Shown piece by piece: positions 48,666 through 58,548 of a DNA stretch of 64,000 nt. This DNA comes from Candidatus Multivoradales bacterium. GTDB taxonomy: Bacteria; Acidobacteriota; Thermoanaerobaculia; Multivoradales; Multivoraceae. The translations under genes were made by a program, and so were the position numbers. Below the pieces are notes generated by a model that was not told the origin of the DNA, made no database searches, and worked only from the letters and a program-made list of their open reading frames with translations. The stretch is taken from positions 3,744,001 to 3,808,000 of the forward strand of contig CBDCWI010000002.1 in the NCBI GenBank assembly GCA_965223325.1, given 5' to 3'. How positions within the stretch are numbered: position 1 is the stretch's first letter; every line of letters starts with the position of its first letter.

Positions 48666-48867
48666 GAGGCTGTCCTGTAGGCAAAGTGGCGCGCACATCC
48701 GTGCGCGAAGTGTCGATTTGGCCGGGGAGGCATGGAGAGAGGTTCGAGGCGCGAGCGGCTGGCCCTGGCGGTGCGTGATGCAGGCTGGGTGCGGTTGCGG
48801 CCGGGTGGGCCAGTGGCCGGCTCGAGAGCGGAATCGAGGTGCAAGACGGGTTCCAATGTGGTGTGCT

Positions 48868-49767
48868 CTAGCCGGGAGTCTCGAGGTGGACCACGCGTGG
48901 ACGGCTGGCCAGGTCGGCGATGACGGCCTGGACCCGGGCTCCAGCGTCTCTTGCGAGGTCAGTAACCAACTGTGCGCGTCGCGAATCGATCTCGAACAGA
49001 ACCGGGGTCCCGCGACGTTGGCCTCGCAGGGCGCCCTGCCCATTGAGCAGTCGGCGATACACCGAGAGTGCGCGACCGTCACGCGGGAAGAGGGCCAGCG
49101 CTGGCTCCCACTCCGTCACCTCGATCGACATGACGGTCTTGTCCTCGTGATCGAGGTAGGGCGGGTTGGCGGTGACTAGATCGAAATCGCCGTCGATGGC
49201 CTGCATCAGATCCGAAGCCAGAACATGGACGTTCTGGAGTCGATGCCGCTGAATGTTCTGCCGTGCGACTGCCAGCGCTGCGGGTGAGATGTCGCTGGCG
49301 TATACCGTCCAACCCGGTCGCTCGCTGGCGAGAGCGATGGCGACGCAGCCGCTGCCGGTACACAGATCGAGCACCCGCCCGTCAGGCGGGATGTCGAGTG
49401 CCAGGGCGGTTTCGACCAGGTGTTCCGTTTCCGGTCGCGGCACCAGGACCCGATCGTCGACGTAGAAATCGAGCCCCCAGAACTCACGTTCCTCGAAGAG
49501 ATAGGCCACCGGTTCACCCGCCAGGCGCCTGCGGATCAGGTCATCGAAGGCGCGTTCGTCGGGGGGCGACACACGTCGCTCGGGGTAGGCGAGAACCGTT
49601 GCTTCTGATGTGTCCAGGACCCGTGAGAGCAACAAGCCGGCTTCGCGGCGTGCGATTTCGAACGGAGCACCGTCGAGTTGATCTCGGGCGCTCTCGAGCA
49701 GCCCGCCGACCGACTGCTGGCCTGGCGTCGGGAGGTTCAGCGCTCCATGGCAAGGCGAAGAAGACAT
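48868..49767 (-). CDS. prmC: Release factor glutamine methyltransferase
   Basis: GEPVAY, VLVPRPETE, DLCTGSG, NPPY; directly downstream of prfA. Confidence 0.95.
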   Translation of the reverse strand: MSSSPCHGALNLPTPGQQSVGGLLESARDQLDGAPFEIARREAGLLLSRVLDTSEATVLAYPERRVSPPDERAFDDLIRRRLAGEPVAYLFEEREFWGLDFYVDDRVLVPRPETEHLVETALALDIPPDGRVLDLCTGSGCVAIALASERPGWTVYASDISPAALAVARQNIQRHRLQNVHVLASDLMQAIDGDFDLVTANPPYLDHEDKTVMSIEVTEWEPALALFPRDGRALSVYRRLLNGQGALRGQRRGTPVLFEIDSRRAQLVTDLARDAGARVQAVIADLASRPRVVHLETPG

Positions 49768-49778
49768 TGCGTCGAGCC

Positions 49779-50858
49779 TCAGCCGGCAGCGGCTGCCTCC
49801 TGCATCAGTTCGGCCTGGTAGTGCGCGGTGAGTGGTTCGATCACCGGGTCGAGGTCACCTTGCAATACGTCTGGGAGGCGATGGAGCGTCAAGCCGATGC
49901 GGTGGTCGGTGACGCGGTTCTCTCGAAAGTTGTAGGTGCGGATCTTTTCCGAGCGATCGCCGGAGCCAATCATTGCGCGGCGCGCGTCACTCTGTTCGGA
50001 GTGTGCCTTGGCCAACTCGATTTCGAGAATGCGACTCTTGAGAACGCGAAGCGCCTTCGCCTTGTTCTTGATCTGGCTGCGTTCGTCCTGGCACTGGACG
50101 ACCAGTCCGGTTGGCAGATGAGTCAGGCGCACCGCCGAGTAGGTCGTGTTGACGCCCTGCCCGCCGGGCCCTGAGGCGCAGTAGGTATCGACTCGCAGAT
50201 CTTTCTCGTCGACTTCGACCTCGACGTCTTCGGCCTCTGGCATGACCGCGACCGTGACAGCGGAAGTGTGAATGCGCCCTGAGGCTTCGGTCTCGGGAAC
50301 CCTTTGCACACGATGGACGCCGCCTTCGTACTTGAGCCGGCTGTAGGCGCCGCGTCCCTCGACGATGGCCGAGACTTCCTTGACTCCGCCAACGTCGCTT
50401 TCCGACAGGTCGAGGACATCGATCTTCCAGCCCTGCGCCTCGGCATAGCGGCAGTACATACGAAAGAGTTCGCCGGCAAAAAGGCTCGCTTCGTCGCCGC
50501 CAGTTCCGGCACGGATCTCGAGCACGACGTTGCGCTTGTCGTTGGGATCCTTGGGAGTCAGCTCTCTCTGCAGAGCCTCTTCGAGTTCGGTGATACGCGC
50601 CTCGAGGGCCTCCTTTTCGGCGGTCGCCTCCTGCCACAGCTCATCGTCGCGGCCGAGATCTTCGAGGATCTCGGAAGTACCGTTACGCTCTTCGGTGACC
50701 CGGCGCAGTTCCCGGTAGAGCTCGACCGCCGGCGTGATCTCAGCCAGCGCCTGATTGGTCTCTTTGTACACGCGCGGATCTGCCAGCACCTCGGGGTCGG
50801 CGAGGCGATGCATCAAGTCGTCGTGAGTGCGCTCAAGGCGCTCGAGTTGCTCGCTCAT
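49779..50858 (-). CDS. prfA: Peptide chain release factor 1
   Basis: EIRAGTGG, HRVQRVPET (PxT), GPGGQGVN, RSEKIRTYNF. Confidence 0.98.
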   Translation of the reverse strand: MSEQLERLERTHDDLMHRLADPEVLADPRVYKETNQALAEITPAVELYRELRRVTEERNGTSEILEDLGRDDELWQEATAEKEALEARITELEEALQRELTPKDPNDKRNVVLEIRAGTGGDEASLFAGELFRMYCRYAEAQGWKIDVLDLSESDVGGVKEVSAIVEGRGAYSRLKYEGGVHRVQRVPETEASGRIHTSAVTVAVMPEAEDVEVEVDEKDLRVDTYCASGPGGQGVNTTYSAVRLTHLPTGLVVQCQDERSQIKNKAKALRVLKSRILEIELAKAHSEQSDARRAMIGSGDRSEKIRTYNFRENRVTDHRIGLTLHRLPDVLQGDLDPVIEPLTAHYQAELMQEAAAAG

Positions 50859-50939
50859 GAGAGATCAGTCCCTGGGGGTGTGGCGCACCGGTCCGGTGCG
50901 TCGGACCGACGATTCTATCGCCTCGGCGGCCGGGGAGAG

Positions 50940-51797
50940 AGAGCACCGCGCTACCCATCATCCATCGCCGTACAGCGGCCGTGTTCTCAGATCGATCGGT
51001 TTCCTGAATCGGGGAGGTCCCCGTTCGAGGTCAGGCAGAGGCGCGCGGGGGTCCTTGGCCGTCCCTGGAGGCCCGGTCAGGGCGAGGGCTCGAGCATTCG
51101 GCCCGCGCATTGAATCGCTTGCGCCGGTCCCCCACCGGGGGAGAAAGGGGGGAGAAGACGAGTAGCCGAAGCCGTGGTAACGACGTATTGAAAACGCGAG
51201 ATCGAGCCCCCAGAGCACCGCGCTACCCATCATCCATCGCCCTACAGCGGCCGTGTTCTCAGATCGATCGGTTTCCTGAATCGGGGAGGTCCCCGTCCGA
51301 GGTCAGGCAGAGGCGCGCGGGGGTCCTTGGCCGTCCCTGGAGGCCCGGTCAGGGCGAGGGCTCGAGCATTCGGCCCGCGCCTTGAATCGCTTGCGCCGGT
51401 CCCCCACCGGGGGAGAAAGGGGGGAGAAGACGAGTAGCCGAAGCCGTGGTAACGACGTATTGAAAACGCGAGATCGAGCCCCCAGAGCACCGCGCTACCC
51501 ATCATCCATCGCCCTACAGCGGCCGTGTTCTCAGATCGATCGGTTTCCTGAATCGGGGAGGTCCCCGTTCGAGGTCAGGCAGAGGCGCGCGGGGGTCCTT
51601 GGCCGTCCCTGGAGGCCCGGTCAGGGCGAGGGCTCGAGCATTCGGCCCGCGCCTTGAATCGCTTGCGCCGGTCCCCCACCGGGGGAGAAAGGGGGGAGAA
51701 GACGAGTAGCCGAAGCCGTGGTAACGACCTATTGAAAACGCGAGATCGAGCCCCCAGAGCACCGCGCTACCCATCATCCATCGCCCTACAGCGGCCG
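50940..51797. repeat. 272-bp tandem repeat, about 3.15 copies
   Basis: Units start at 50940, 51212, 51484, 51756 (AGAGCACCGCGCTACCCATC...); four variable positions between copies. Confidence 0.97.
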
Positions 51798-53247
51798 CAA
51801 AACCACGGCTTCGGCTACCACCGAGACGTTGAGTCGCTTCATCATCTCGTGCAACGTCGTCGGCTTGACCTTGAGCATCTCGCCCTACCGAGACGTTGAG
51901 TCGCTTCATCATCTCGTGCAACGTCGTCGGCTTGACCTTGAGCATCTCGGCTGCCCGTTTCTGGACGCCGTCAGAAGCCTGCAGAGCCTTGATGATCAGC
52001 TGACGTTCATAGGAGCTCACGGCTTCTTTGAACGACACGCCGTTCGCAGGCAGCGAGGCCTGGGTCATGCTGAGGCTCGACGGATTGCGCACGGTAGGCG
52101 GCAGGAGGTCGACGTCGACTTCGTTTCCCGTTGCCAAGACGACGGCTCGCTCGACGGCGTTCTCGAGCTCGCGTACGTTGCCCGGCCAGTGATAGTCGAT
52201 CAACAACTCCATGGCAGCGGGAGTAATGGCGCTGATTTCCTTTTCGTTTTCTTCGGAGTACTTCGAAAGGAAGTGGTTAGCGATCAGTGGCGTGTCCTCG
52301 GAGCGCTTGCGCAGCGGCGGCAGATTGATCGTGATCACGTTGAGTCGGTAGTAGAGGTCTTCGCGGAAGTCGCCCTTCTCCACCAGCTCTGTGAGTTCCG
52401 CGTTGGTGGCCGCGACAATGCGCACGTCGGCCTTGAGAGTTTCGACGCCGCCGAGGCGCATGAACTCCTTCTCCTGAATGACCCGCAGCAGTTTGGCCTG
52501 CGTGTCGAGTGGGATGTTGCCGATCTCGTCGAAGAAGATCGTGCCGCCCTGGGCGGCCTCGAAGAGGCCTTGCTTGTTCGAGATCGCGCCAGTGAAGGCG
52601 CCCTTGACGTGGCCGAAGAGGTTGCTCTCGAGAAGATCGGGTGGCATCGAGCCCGAGTTGACCGTAACGAAAGGGCCGTCCTGGCGCTTCGAGTTCTTGT
52701 GGATCGACTTGGCGACCAGCTCTTTCCCAGTCCCGCTTTCGCCGAGCACGAGAATGTTCGACTTCGAGGGCGCCGCCAGGCGAATGAGTTCGAAGACCTG
52801 CTGTATAGGCTTGCTCTTACCGATGATCTTGTCGAACCCGAAACGCTGCTCGAGTTGCTCGCGGAGTGAACGGTTCTCCTGGCGCAGGCGCCGGCGTTCG
52901 AGCCCCTGGCTGACCGTCAGGCGGACTTCTTCGTTCTTGAACGGCTTCGGCAGGTAGTGGAACGCGCCCTTGCGCATCGCCTCGATGGCGCCTTCGATCG
53001 ATGAGAAGGCGGTAATGATCACGACGACCTGGTCGGGGTCGGTCTCGCGAATCTGCTTGAGAACCTCCATGCCGGTCATGTCGGGCAGCATCAGGTCGAG
53101 GAGCACCAGATCGATCTCTTCGCGCTCGAGCAGCATCAGAGCCTCGCCGCCGGTGCGGGCGTTGAAAGGCTGGTGCCCTTCGGCTTTGATGAGCGAAGTG
53201 AGAACGTCCTGGAGGACCTCTTCGTCGTCGCAAATCAAGATGTTCAT
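51514..53247 (-). CDS. NtrC-family sigma54-dependent response regulator; C-terminus extended by a frameshifting duplication
   Basis: Receiver (CDDE, LLDLMLP), GESGTGKE, FGHVKGAFTGA, DEI, FREDLYYRLNV, WPGNVRELEN, Fis HTH; without the duplication the stop would be at 51786-51788 (464 aa). Confidence 0.95.
   Translation of the reverse strand: MNILICDDEEVLQDVLTSLIKAEGHQPFNARTGGEALMLLEREEIDLVLLDLMLPDMTGMEVLKQIRETDPDQVVVIITAFSSIEGAIEAMRKGAFHYLPKPFKNEEVRLTVSQGLERRRLRQENRSLREQLEQRFGFDKIIGKSKPIQQVFELIRLAAPSKSNILVLGESGTGKELVAKSIHKNSKRQDGPFVTVNSGSMPPDLLESNLFGHVKGAFTGAISNKQGLFEAAQGGTIFFDEIGNIPLDTQAKLLRVIQEKEFMRLGGVETLKADVRIVAATNAELTELVEKGDFREDLYYRLNVITINLPPLRKRSEDTPLIANHFLSKYSEENEKEISAITPAAMELLIDYHWPGNVRELENAVERAVVLATGNEVDVDLLPPTVRNPSSLSMTQASLPANGVSFKEAVSSYERQLIIKALQASDGVQKRAAEMLKVKPTTLHEMMKRLNVSVGRDAQGQADDVARDDEATQRLGGSRSRGFAAAVGRWMMGSAVLWGLDLAFSIGRYHGFGYSSSPPFLPRWGTGASDSRRGPNARALALTGPPGTAKDPRAPLPDLERGPPRFRKPIDLRTRPL
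51820..51949. repeat. 63-bp direct duplication (67-bp period) in the 3' end of the sigma54 regulator
   Basis: 51820-51882 is identical to 51887-51949, separated by CCCT. Confidence 0.97.
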
Positions 53248-56048
53248 GCGCGGAATCCCTGCGGGTCGTGGCTCTGCGCATCCTTCGATGGGTCGCCATC
53301 GTCGTCGCTCTTGCCGTAGCGCAGCAGGCGGGCGGTGAATGCACAGCCCCCTCTGTCGAGGTTACGCACCGTGAGTTCGCCCCCGTGCCGGCGCACGATC
53401 TCGTGGCTGATCGAGAGGCCGAGCCCTGTTCCGCCGGCGTCGGTCTTGGTCGAGAAGAAGGGCTGGAAGACCTGCCCCAGGTTGTCTTCTGAAATGCCGG
53501 TCCCCTCGTCGGCAACTTCGACGTCGACGAACTGGCCGCGAGGAGTGACCGTGACCCGAACCACGCCGCCCTCGGGCTGCATTGCGTCGACGGCGTTCAG
53601 CAGCAGGTTGGTGAACACCTGGTGCATCTCGCTGTCGGTCGAAGAGGCAAACGCCGGACTCTGCGGAGACTCGATCGACAACTTCACGTTGCTTGCCCCG
53701 AGGCGCTCCTCCAGCAGCTCGTGACACTCCTCGAGCACCGCGACCAGGTTCACAGGTTGCGGTGCCACGTCACGGCGGCGGGCGAACTCGAGCAGGCTGT
53801 TGACGATGCGGGCGGCCCTGAACGTCTGGCGCTCGACCTTGCGCAGAGTGTCGTGCCGCGGGTCTTCTTCGGGCGTTTGAGACAGGAGCATCTGGGCGTA
53901 GCTGGAAATGCCGGTGAGAGGAGTATTGACCTCATGAGCAACACCGGCAGCCATCACACCGATGGCGGCCAGACGTTCTTGTTCCTCCAGTCGGCGTTCC
54001 ATCTTTACGCGTTCGGTGACGTCGTGGATTACCAGCACCCGCATGTCACTCGCTGAACCGAGGAAGGAAGCCACGCTGGCCTGGAAGTGGCGTTCACGAC
54101 CCTGGGCGTCTTTCCAGGAGGAGTTCACGACGCCCTCGTCAACACTCGGGATCCGCTCTAAGGGCAGCAGCTCGGGGAGCTGCTTTCTGCGAACGGCGTT
54201 TCGTTCCATTCCGGCAAGTGCGGCAAAGGCCAGGTTGGCGGTGACCACGCGGTCGGAAGAGTCGAAGGCGGCGATCCCCGCCGGTGTCGACTCGATGATC
54301 TCTTCGTTGAACTGCTTGAGCTCGAGAACTTCGGTGAGCTGGCGCTGCAGTTGCTCGAGCAGCTGCGCGTTCTCGATCGCCAGCGAAGCCTGGTTGAGCA
54401 GCTGCCGGACCAGGATGAGGTCGTCGCTGTTGAGCGGCACCTGGTCGCTCTTGTAGCCCGTGACGACGATTCCGATGCGGCGTTCGCGGATCGACAGCGG
54501 GAAGGCGTAGCGATAGCCGTTCAGGAACAGGTGCTGGGACGACTCGAGCGGGCTTTCCGGCAGCGAGATCGCCGTCAGGTGCTCGTAGTCCTGCTCCCAG
54601 ACGCGTGTACCCAGGCCGAGCAGCGGGAGCGTGATCGCGCCACCTTCTTCATCGAGAACAGGGACCAGCCGATCACCTTCGACCAGGTAGAGATTCGAGC
54701 GATCGAGGTCGAGGCCCTCGTCGAGCTCCCGCAGAAGGCTGGTGCTCAGGCTCTCGAGATTGCGCTCGTGCAGCAGGTCACGCCCGAACTGGGTGAGTGC
54801 ACGGCGGCGCGAGAAGTTGCCGCGGTAGTGAAAGCGTTGCAATGTCGAACCGATGGCCTGGCGCGTCGGGATCAAGAGCCCCGCGACGGTCAGCCCCGCG
54901 ATGAAGGTCAGCAGGTATCGAGTGACCGAAAGATCTTCCGGAATGCCTCGATCGATCGCCAGGTTGAGGAGCGAGAAGCCGATCAACCCAAGTACCAGGG
55001 TGAGCGCGTAGGTGGTGATGTCGCGCACGATGATGGCGATGTCCCACAGCCGGTAGCGCAGGATGGCGTAGGCGAAGCTCAGCGGCACCAGGCCGAGAGG
55101 CAGCACGACAGCCGCCTGCAAGAGCCGGGGCGCCTGGTAGCCGAGCACAAAGGGCACCACATAGAGCGCCAGGAACGGCAGGTAGCCGCCGATCATGCCG
55201 AGCGTGACCCACAACACCTGGCGGCTCTCGACACCATGCCCCGTGCGCACCAACTGCAAAACCAGAACCGTCACGGCGAGCGGCACATAGATCATCAACT
55301 GCACGAGCGTCAGCTGGTCGAGTAGCGCGATGGTTTCGAGTGAGGGTGCGCCAGTGAAAAAGCGCCCTCCAAGGTAGATCAGGTCGACTTGCAGGGCGAG
55401 CAGAACGGCGCCCGGCAAGTAGAGAAACGGAATCGTGCGCCGCAGCCATTTGGCGGGTGAGATCGGCCTCGGGAAGGTGAGGAAGAAATGCAGCGTGAGC
55501 GCCGGCAGCACCAGACGAGCAACGATCTCGCAGATGTAGAGCACCCGTTCGGCCGACGTGTCGTAGGGCGGCGTCGCGGTGAACAGGTAGATCGCCGCCG
55601 AAGCCAGACACCAGGTCGTAAACAGGCCAACCCTCGGAGCCTGGGCCCTCAGCAATGTGTAGAGACCAATGATCAGGTAGAGCAGGCCAATAAACGCCAG
55701 CATCAAGTAGACGACGTCGATCTCGAGCGACGGCCTGCCGTAGGAGACCTCGACCAGGCGATCGCCGCGCTGCACCAGGAGCTCGGTTTGTGAGCGGTCG
55801 GTCAAACGCTCGCGCATCTCCTGCGGCGAGGCCGGCAGGTTGCCACCGATCGTGAGCAGCAGATCGCCCTGCTGGAGGCCGGTTTCGGGTGCCGGGATGT
55901 CGCGCACCCGCCAGACTTCACCCTGCCGTTCGGCCTCGAACCCGAGCGGCTGGAACTCCGACACCTTGGCCGTGAAGCTCAACCCGCCCAGCGCCACTAC
56001 CAGGGCAGCGAGGGCGAAAAGGGTCGCGAGTGTCAGGTTGCGGCGCAT
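53244..56048 (-). CDS. Membrane sensor histidine kinase (PDZ-like, multi-TM, GAF, PAS, HisKA, HATPase)
   Basis: GLQQGDLL PDZ-like segment, many TMs, AHEVNTPL H-box, NLLLNAVDAM, DEGTG, PFFSTK, GTGLGL. Confidence 0.93.
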   Translation of the reverse strand: MRRNLTLATLFALAALVVALGGLSFTAKVSEFQPLGFEAERQGEVWRVRDIPAPETGLQQGDLLLTIGGNLPASPQEMRERLTDRSQTELLVQRGDRLVEVSYGRPSLEIDVVYLMLAFIGLLYLIIGLYTLLRAQAPRVGLFTTWCLASAAIYLFTATPPYDTSAERVLYICEIVARLVLPALTLHFFLTFPRPISPAKWLRRTIPFLYLPGAVLLALQVDLIYLGGRFFTGAPSLETIALLDQLTLVQLMIYVPLAVTVLVLQLVRTGHGVESRQVLWVTLGMIGGYLPFLALYVVPFVLGYQAPRLLQAAVVLPLGLVPLSFAYAILRYRLWDIAIIVRDITTYALTLVLGLIGFSLLNLAIDRGIPEDLSVTRYLLTFIAGLTVAGLLIPTRQAIGSTLQRFHYRGNFSRRRALTQFGRDLLHERNLESLSTSLLRELDEGLDLDRSNLYLVEGDRLVPVLDEEGGAITLPLLGLGTRVWEQDYEHLTAISLPESPLESSQHLFLNGYRYAFPLSIRERRIGIVVTGYKSDQVPLNSDDLILVRQLLNQASLAIENAQLLEQLQRQLTEVLELKQFNEEIIESTPAGIAAFDSSDRVVTANLAFAALAGMERNAVRRKQLPELLPLERIPSVDEGVVNSSWKDAQGRERHFQASVASFLGSASDMRVLVIHDVTERVKMERRLEEQERLAAIGVMAAGVAHEVNTPLTGISSYAQMLLSQTPEEDPRHDTLRKVERQTFRAARIVNSLLEFARRRDVAPQPVNLVAVLEECHELLEERLGASNVKLSIESPQSPAFASSTDSEMHQVFTNLLLNAVDAMQPEGGVVRVTVTPRGQFVDVEVADEGTGISEDNLGQVFQPFFSTKTDAGGTGLGLSISHEIVRRHGGELTVRNLDRGGCAFTARLLRYGKSDDDGDPSKDAQSHDPQGFRA

Positions 56049-56130
56049 TCGGGTTCCAGGTCGAAGGCGGCGCCCTGGGAGTCGGAGCGCCGGGCTTGGC
56101 GGAGAGTGAACAAAGCTTCAAATAATTGGA

Positions 56131-56146
56131 AGCACGGAACGTGCCA
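56131..56146 (-). promoter_or_regulatory. Putative sigma54 -24/-12 promoter
   Basis: Minus strand TGGCACGTTCCGTGCT versus consensus TGGCACGNNNNTTGCW (one mismatch), about 80 bp upstream of the kinase. Confidence 0.6.
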
Positions 56147-56302
56147 TCGCCGCCAACTGCTCCGATGCAGGGAATATGGGCTCACGTAAGTCCTGTGAAT
56201 ACAGGAGTTTTTTGGGCTGGATCCAGCGCGTTGAATCCGTCCGCTCGCTTGAATCGAGCCGGAATACTTGCGGATCAGCGGCCGGATGGCCCCCGGAGCA
56301 GT

Positions 56303-58363
56303 CTAGAAGCGGACGGCGAGCCCACCGACGACCTGCTTGCGCGTCTCTTCTTGGTCTCCGGCCTTGCCCCAGGGCAGATTGCCGCGGCTGAGCTGCATGT
56401 CGAGCGACACGGACCAGTCGGTCGCGAGACCAAGCAGAGCACCGATTTCTTGCGTCAGCTGGATCTGGTAGCGATCGAGATCGAGGGCGGTGCCGGGCAG
56501 CTCGCCCTGGCCCGAGAGCGGGTCAAAGGTCTGCTCCATGCGTTGGAACGAGACCAGGACGCCGGTCTGGGTCGGTTCCCAGTGGGTGTCGACGGTGGTG
56601 ACGAGGTAGCCGATGCGGTTCTCGTAGGTGCCCTCGTCGAGCGACATCTGGCCGCCACCGCCGGTGGCGACGCTCGAGTGGAAGTTGGCCAGTAGCTTCT
56701 GGCCGAAACGCTGGCTGAGGCTGAATTGGACTTCCGGCAGAACATCGCCGGGGACCAGCAGCATGCTCTCGAGCTGGGTGTAGAGGTCTTCGGCGAAGTA
56801 CAAGCGCAAGGTCTCTGAGAACTCGCGGTGCAGTGCGCCGATTCTCACCTCGGTACCTGACTCGAGCTCGCGCGTGGCGCCGAACCGGTAGCAGAAGCTT
56901 TCGGCGACACCGCAGTCGGTGCTTTCGGCGTGGTATGCCGGCGTGATGTGGCGGTAGGGCGAGTGGAGGTTTTCGGGGTTCGAAAGACGCTCCCGCGCTG
57001 CTCCTTCGAGCGACCACTGGTCGGTGACCTGGAAGACGACGCCGGCGTGCGGGCTAAAGGAGACCTCGCCGTCTTCGAACGAGGTGTACAGACCGTACTG
57101 GACCATGACGCGCGACGACACTTCCTGGCTGCCCAGGCCGAAAGCGTCAATCCGCTCGCTGGGCAGCGAGGAGAGCGGGTCGTAGCTCGACGAGCGAACG
57201 GCCTGCTGGCGGTAGCTGACCCCAGTGCGCAGCGACGCGCGCTTGCGAATTGGCTGTTCGTAAGACCCTGCAACCTGCCACTGACTGGACTCGCCGGCCA
57301 GACCGAGGGTTGCGATGCGTTCGTCGACGTGGGGGTTCAGTTCGCTCGTAAAGCGCGCATCGACACGTGACTGACCGCGACCGATTTGTTGGCTCCATCC
57401 CACGCCGTAGCGCTCGAAGCCGAAGGCGTCGGTTGCCAGCGAGGAGCTGTGGCCGAACGCCGAGCTCTCGAGTTGGTTGCGCTGGCCGGACACCGTGACC
57501 GCGGTGTCATCACTGTTGATCGCCAGGACCAGGTTGCTGGTGCGCCCGAGGGTGTCGGGGCTGGTCAACTGGGACGAGGCAGCCTGCAGGGTGCGGAACT
57601 GGCCTTCGATGCCGAGCTCGACCTCGCCGATGTTCGTGCGCAGCGCGAGGTTGCCGCCCGAGACTTCCGCCGAACCGAAGGTGGCGATGTCCTGGATGCC
57701 GCGCACCGCGCTCATCGAGGTTTCGAGCAGCGGGTTCGGAAACGGCGACGCATGCCGCAGTTCCTGGGCTTCGGCGAGTTGGATGTCGCGCAACACGTCA
57801 CCGGGAATGCGACCGCGCAACGTCCAGAAGTCGGCGTCGTCGGAACCGTCGCGCCCATCGTCGACGGCAAGCTGCAAGTCGAGGAACTGGTAGGCGTCTG
57901 ACGTGGCACGAGTGACGGTGACCACCGCGGGCACGAAGCCAGGCTTGTGGGCGATGATCTTGTAGAGACCGGCCGGCAGTTTTCTGAAAGCGAACTCGCC
58001 GAGCCGGTCGGTTGTTGCCTTGGCCAGACTGAGATCGCTCAGTTGGTAGGCATAGACCCGCACCGCACCGAGCGGTGAGCGCTCGGCCGAAACGCGCCCG
58101 GTCAAAAAGCCCTGGTTGGTTCCGCGTGATGCGTGCAGCCGGTCGAGCGGTGAGGGATCGAGACTGGCCATCGCCACCGGTTCGTCGGTGGGCGGCGGCG
58201 GTGGGGCAGCAGTCGCCATCGCGCTTGCCGCCGTGAGCAGGCCGAGCGCGGCGAGCAGAGTGACGAGGAGTCCCCAGTTGGTGTGAAACGACATGGGCCG
58301 AGCGCACGGACAAGCCTTCCCAGGAAGGTGGTGCCCACTGCGATTCGTTTGTCGTTCCGTCAT
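56303..58363 (-). CDS. Putative outer-membrane protein with carboxypeptidase-regulatory-like domain
   Basis: Signal peptide; LTGRV..PLGAVRV..TTDRLGEFAFRKLPAGLYKI..KPGF; amphipathic strands; terminal Phe; start uncertain. Confidence 0.65.
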   Translation of the reverse strand: MTERQTNRSGHHLPGKACPCARPMSFHTNWGLLVTLLAALGLLTAASAMATAAPPPPPTDEPVAMASLDPSPLDRLHASRGTNQGFLTGRVSAERSPLGAVRVYAYQLSDLSLAKATTDRLGEFAFRKLPAGLYKIIAHKPGFVPAVVTVTRATSDAYQFLDLQLAVDDGRDGSDDADFWTLRGRIPGDVLRDIQLAEAQELRHASPFPNPLLETSMSAVRGIQDIATFGSAEVSGGNLALRTNIGEVELGIEGQFRTLQAASSQLTSPDTLGRTSNLVLAINSDDTAVTVSGQRNQLESSAFGHSSSLATDAFGFERYGVGWSQQIGRGQSRVDARFTSELNPHVDERIATLGLAGESSQWQVAGSYEQPIRKRASLRTGVSYRQQAVRSSSYDPLSSLPSERIDAFGLGSQEVSSRVMVQYGLYTSFEDGEVSFSPHAGVVFQVTDQWSLEGAARERLSNPENLHSPYRHITPAYHAESTDCGVAESFCYRFGATRELESGTEVRIGALHREFSETLRLYFAEDLYTQLESMLLVPGDVLPEVQFSLSQRFGQKLLANFHSSVATGGGGQMSLDEGTYENRIGYLVTTVDTHWEPTQTGVLVSFQRMEQTFDPLSGQGELPGTALDLDRYQIQLTQEIGALLGLATDWSVSLDMQLSRGNLPWGKAGDQEETRKQVVGGLAVRF

Positions 58364-58548
58364 GGTGATTCCCCTCTATCCCCTGACCTTCTCGTCAGCG
58401 ACTCCACGGATTCGACTTTCGGGTGCCCGACATCGGAGACCTGGGCGGTCTTGACGCCGAAGAAAGTCAGGGAGCGCAGCCCTGGGAGTATAGCGCCTCA
58501 TGCAATTCGTGCGGACTCGACGAATGGATCCCAGGTGCCGCAGAATAC

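Noticed and set aside
48700-49082. N-terminal extension of the lytic transglycosylase ORF (915 aa call)
   Set aside because: It overlaps prmC and is low-complexity; a signal-peptide-like segment begins near 48665.
50940-51797. 6S RNA or SRP RNA identity for the 272-bp unit
   Set aside because: The SRP domain IV motif (CAGG..GGAA..AGCAG) is absent and no 6S-like long rod with a central bubble was evident by eye; needs cmscan.
50958-51899. 87-91 aa ORFs inside the 272-bp repeats
   Set aside because: The period is not a multiple of 3, ORFs occur on both strands with Pro/Arg/Gly-rich composition, and there are no motifs; treated as non-coding.
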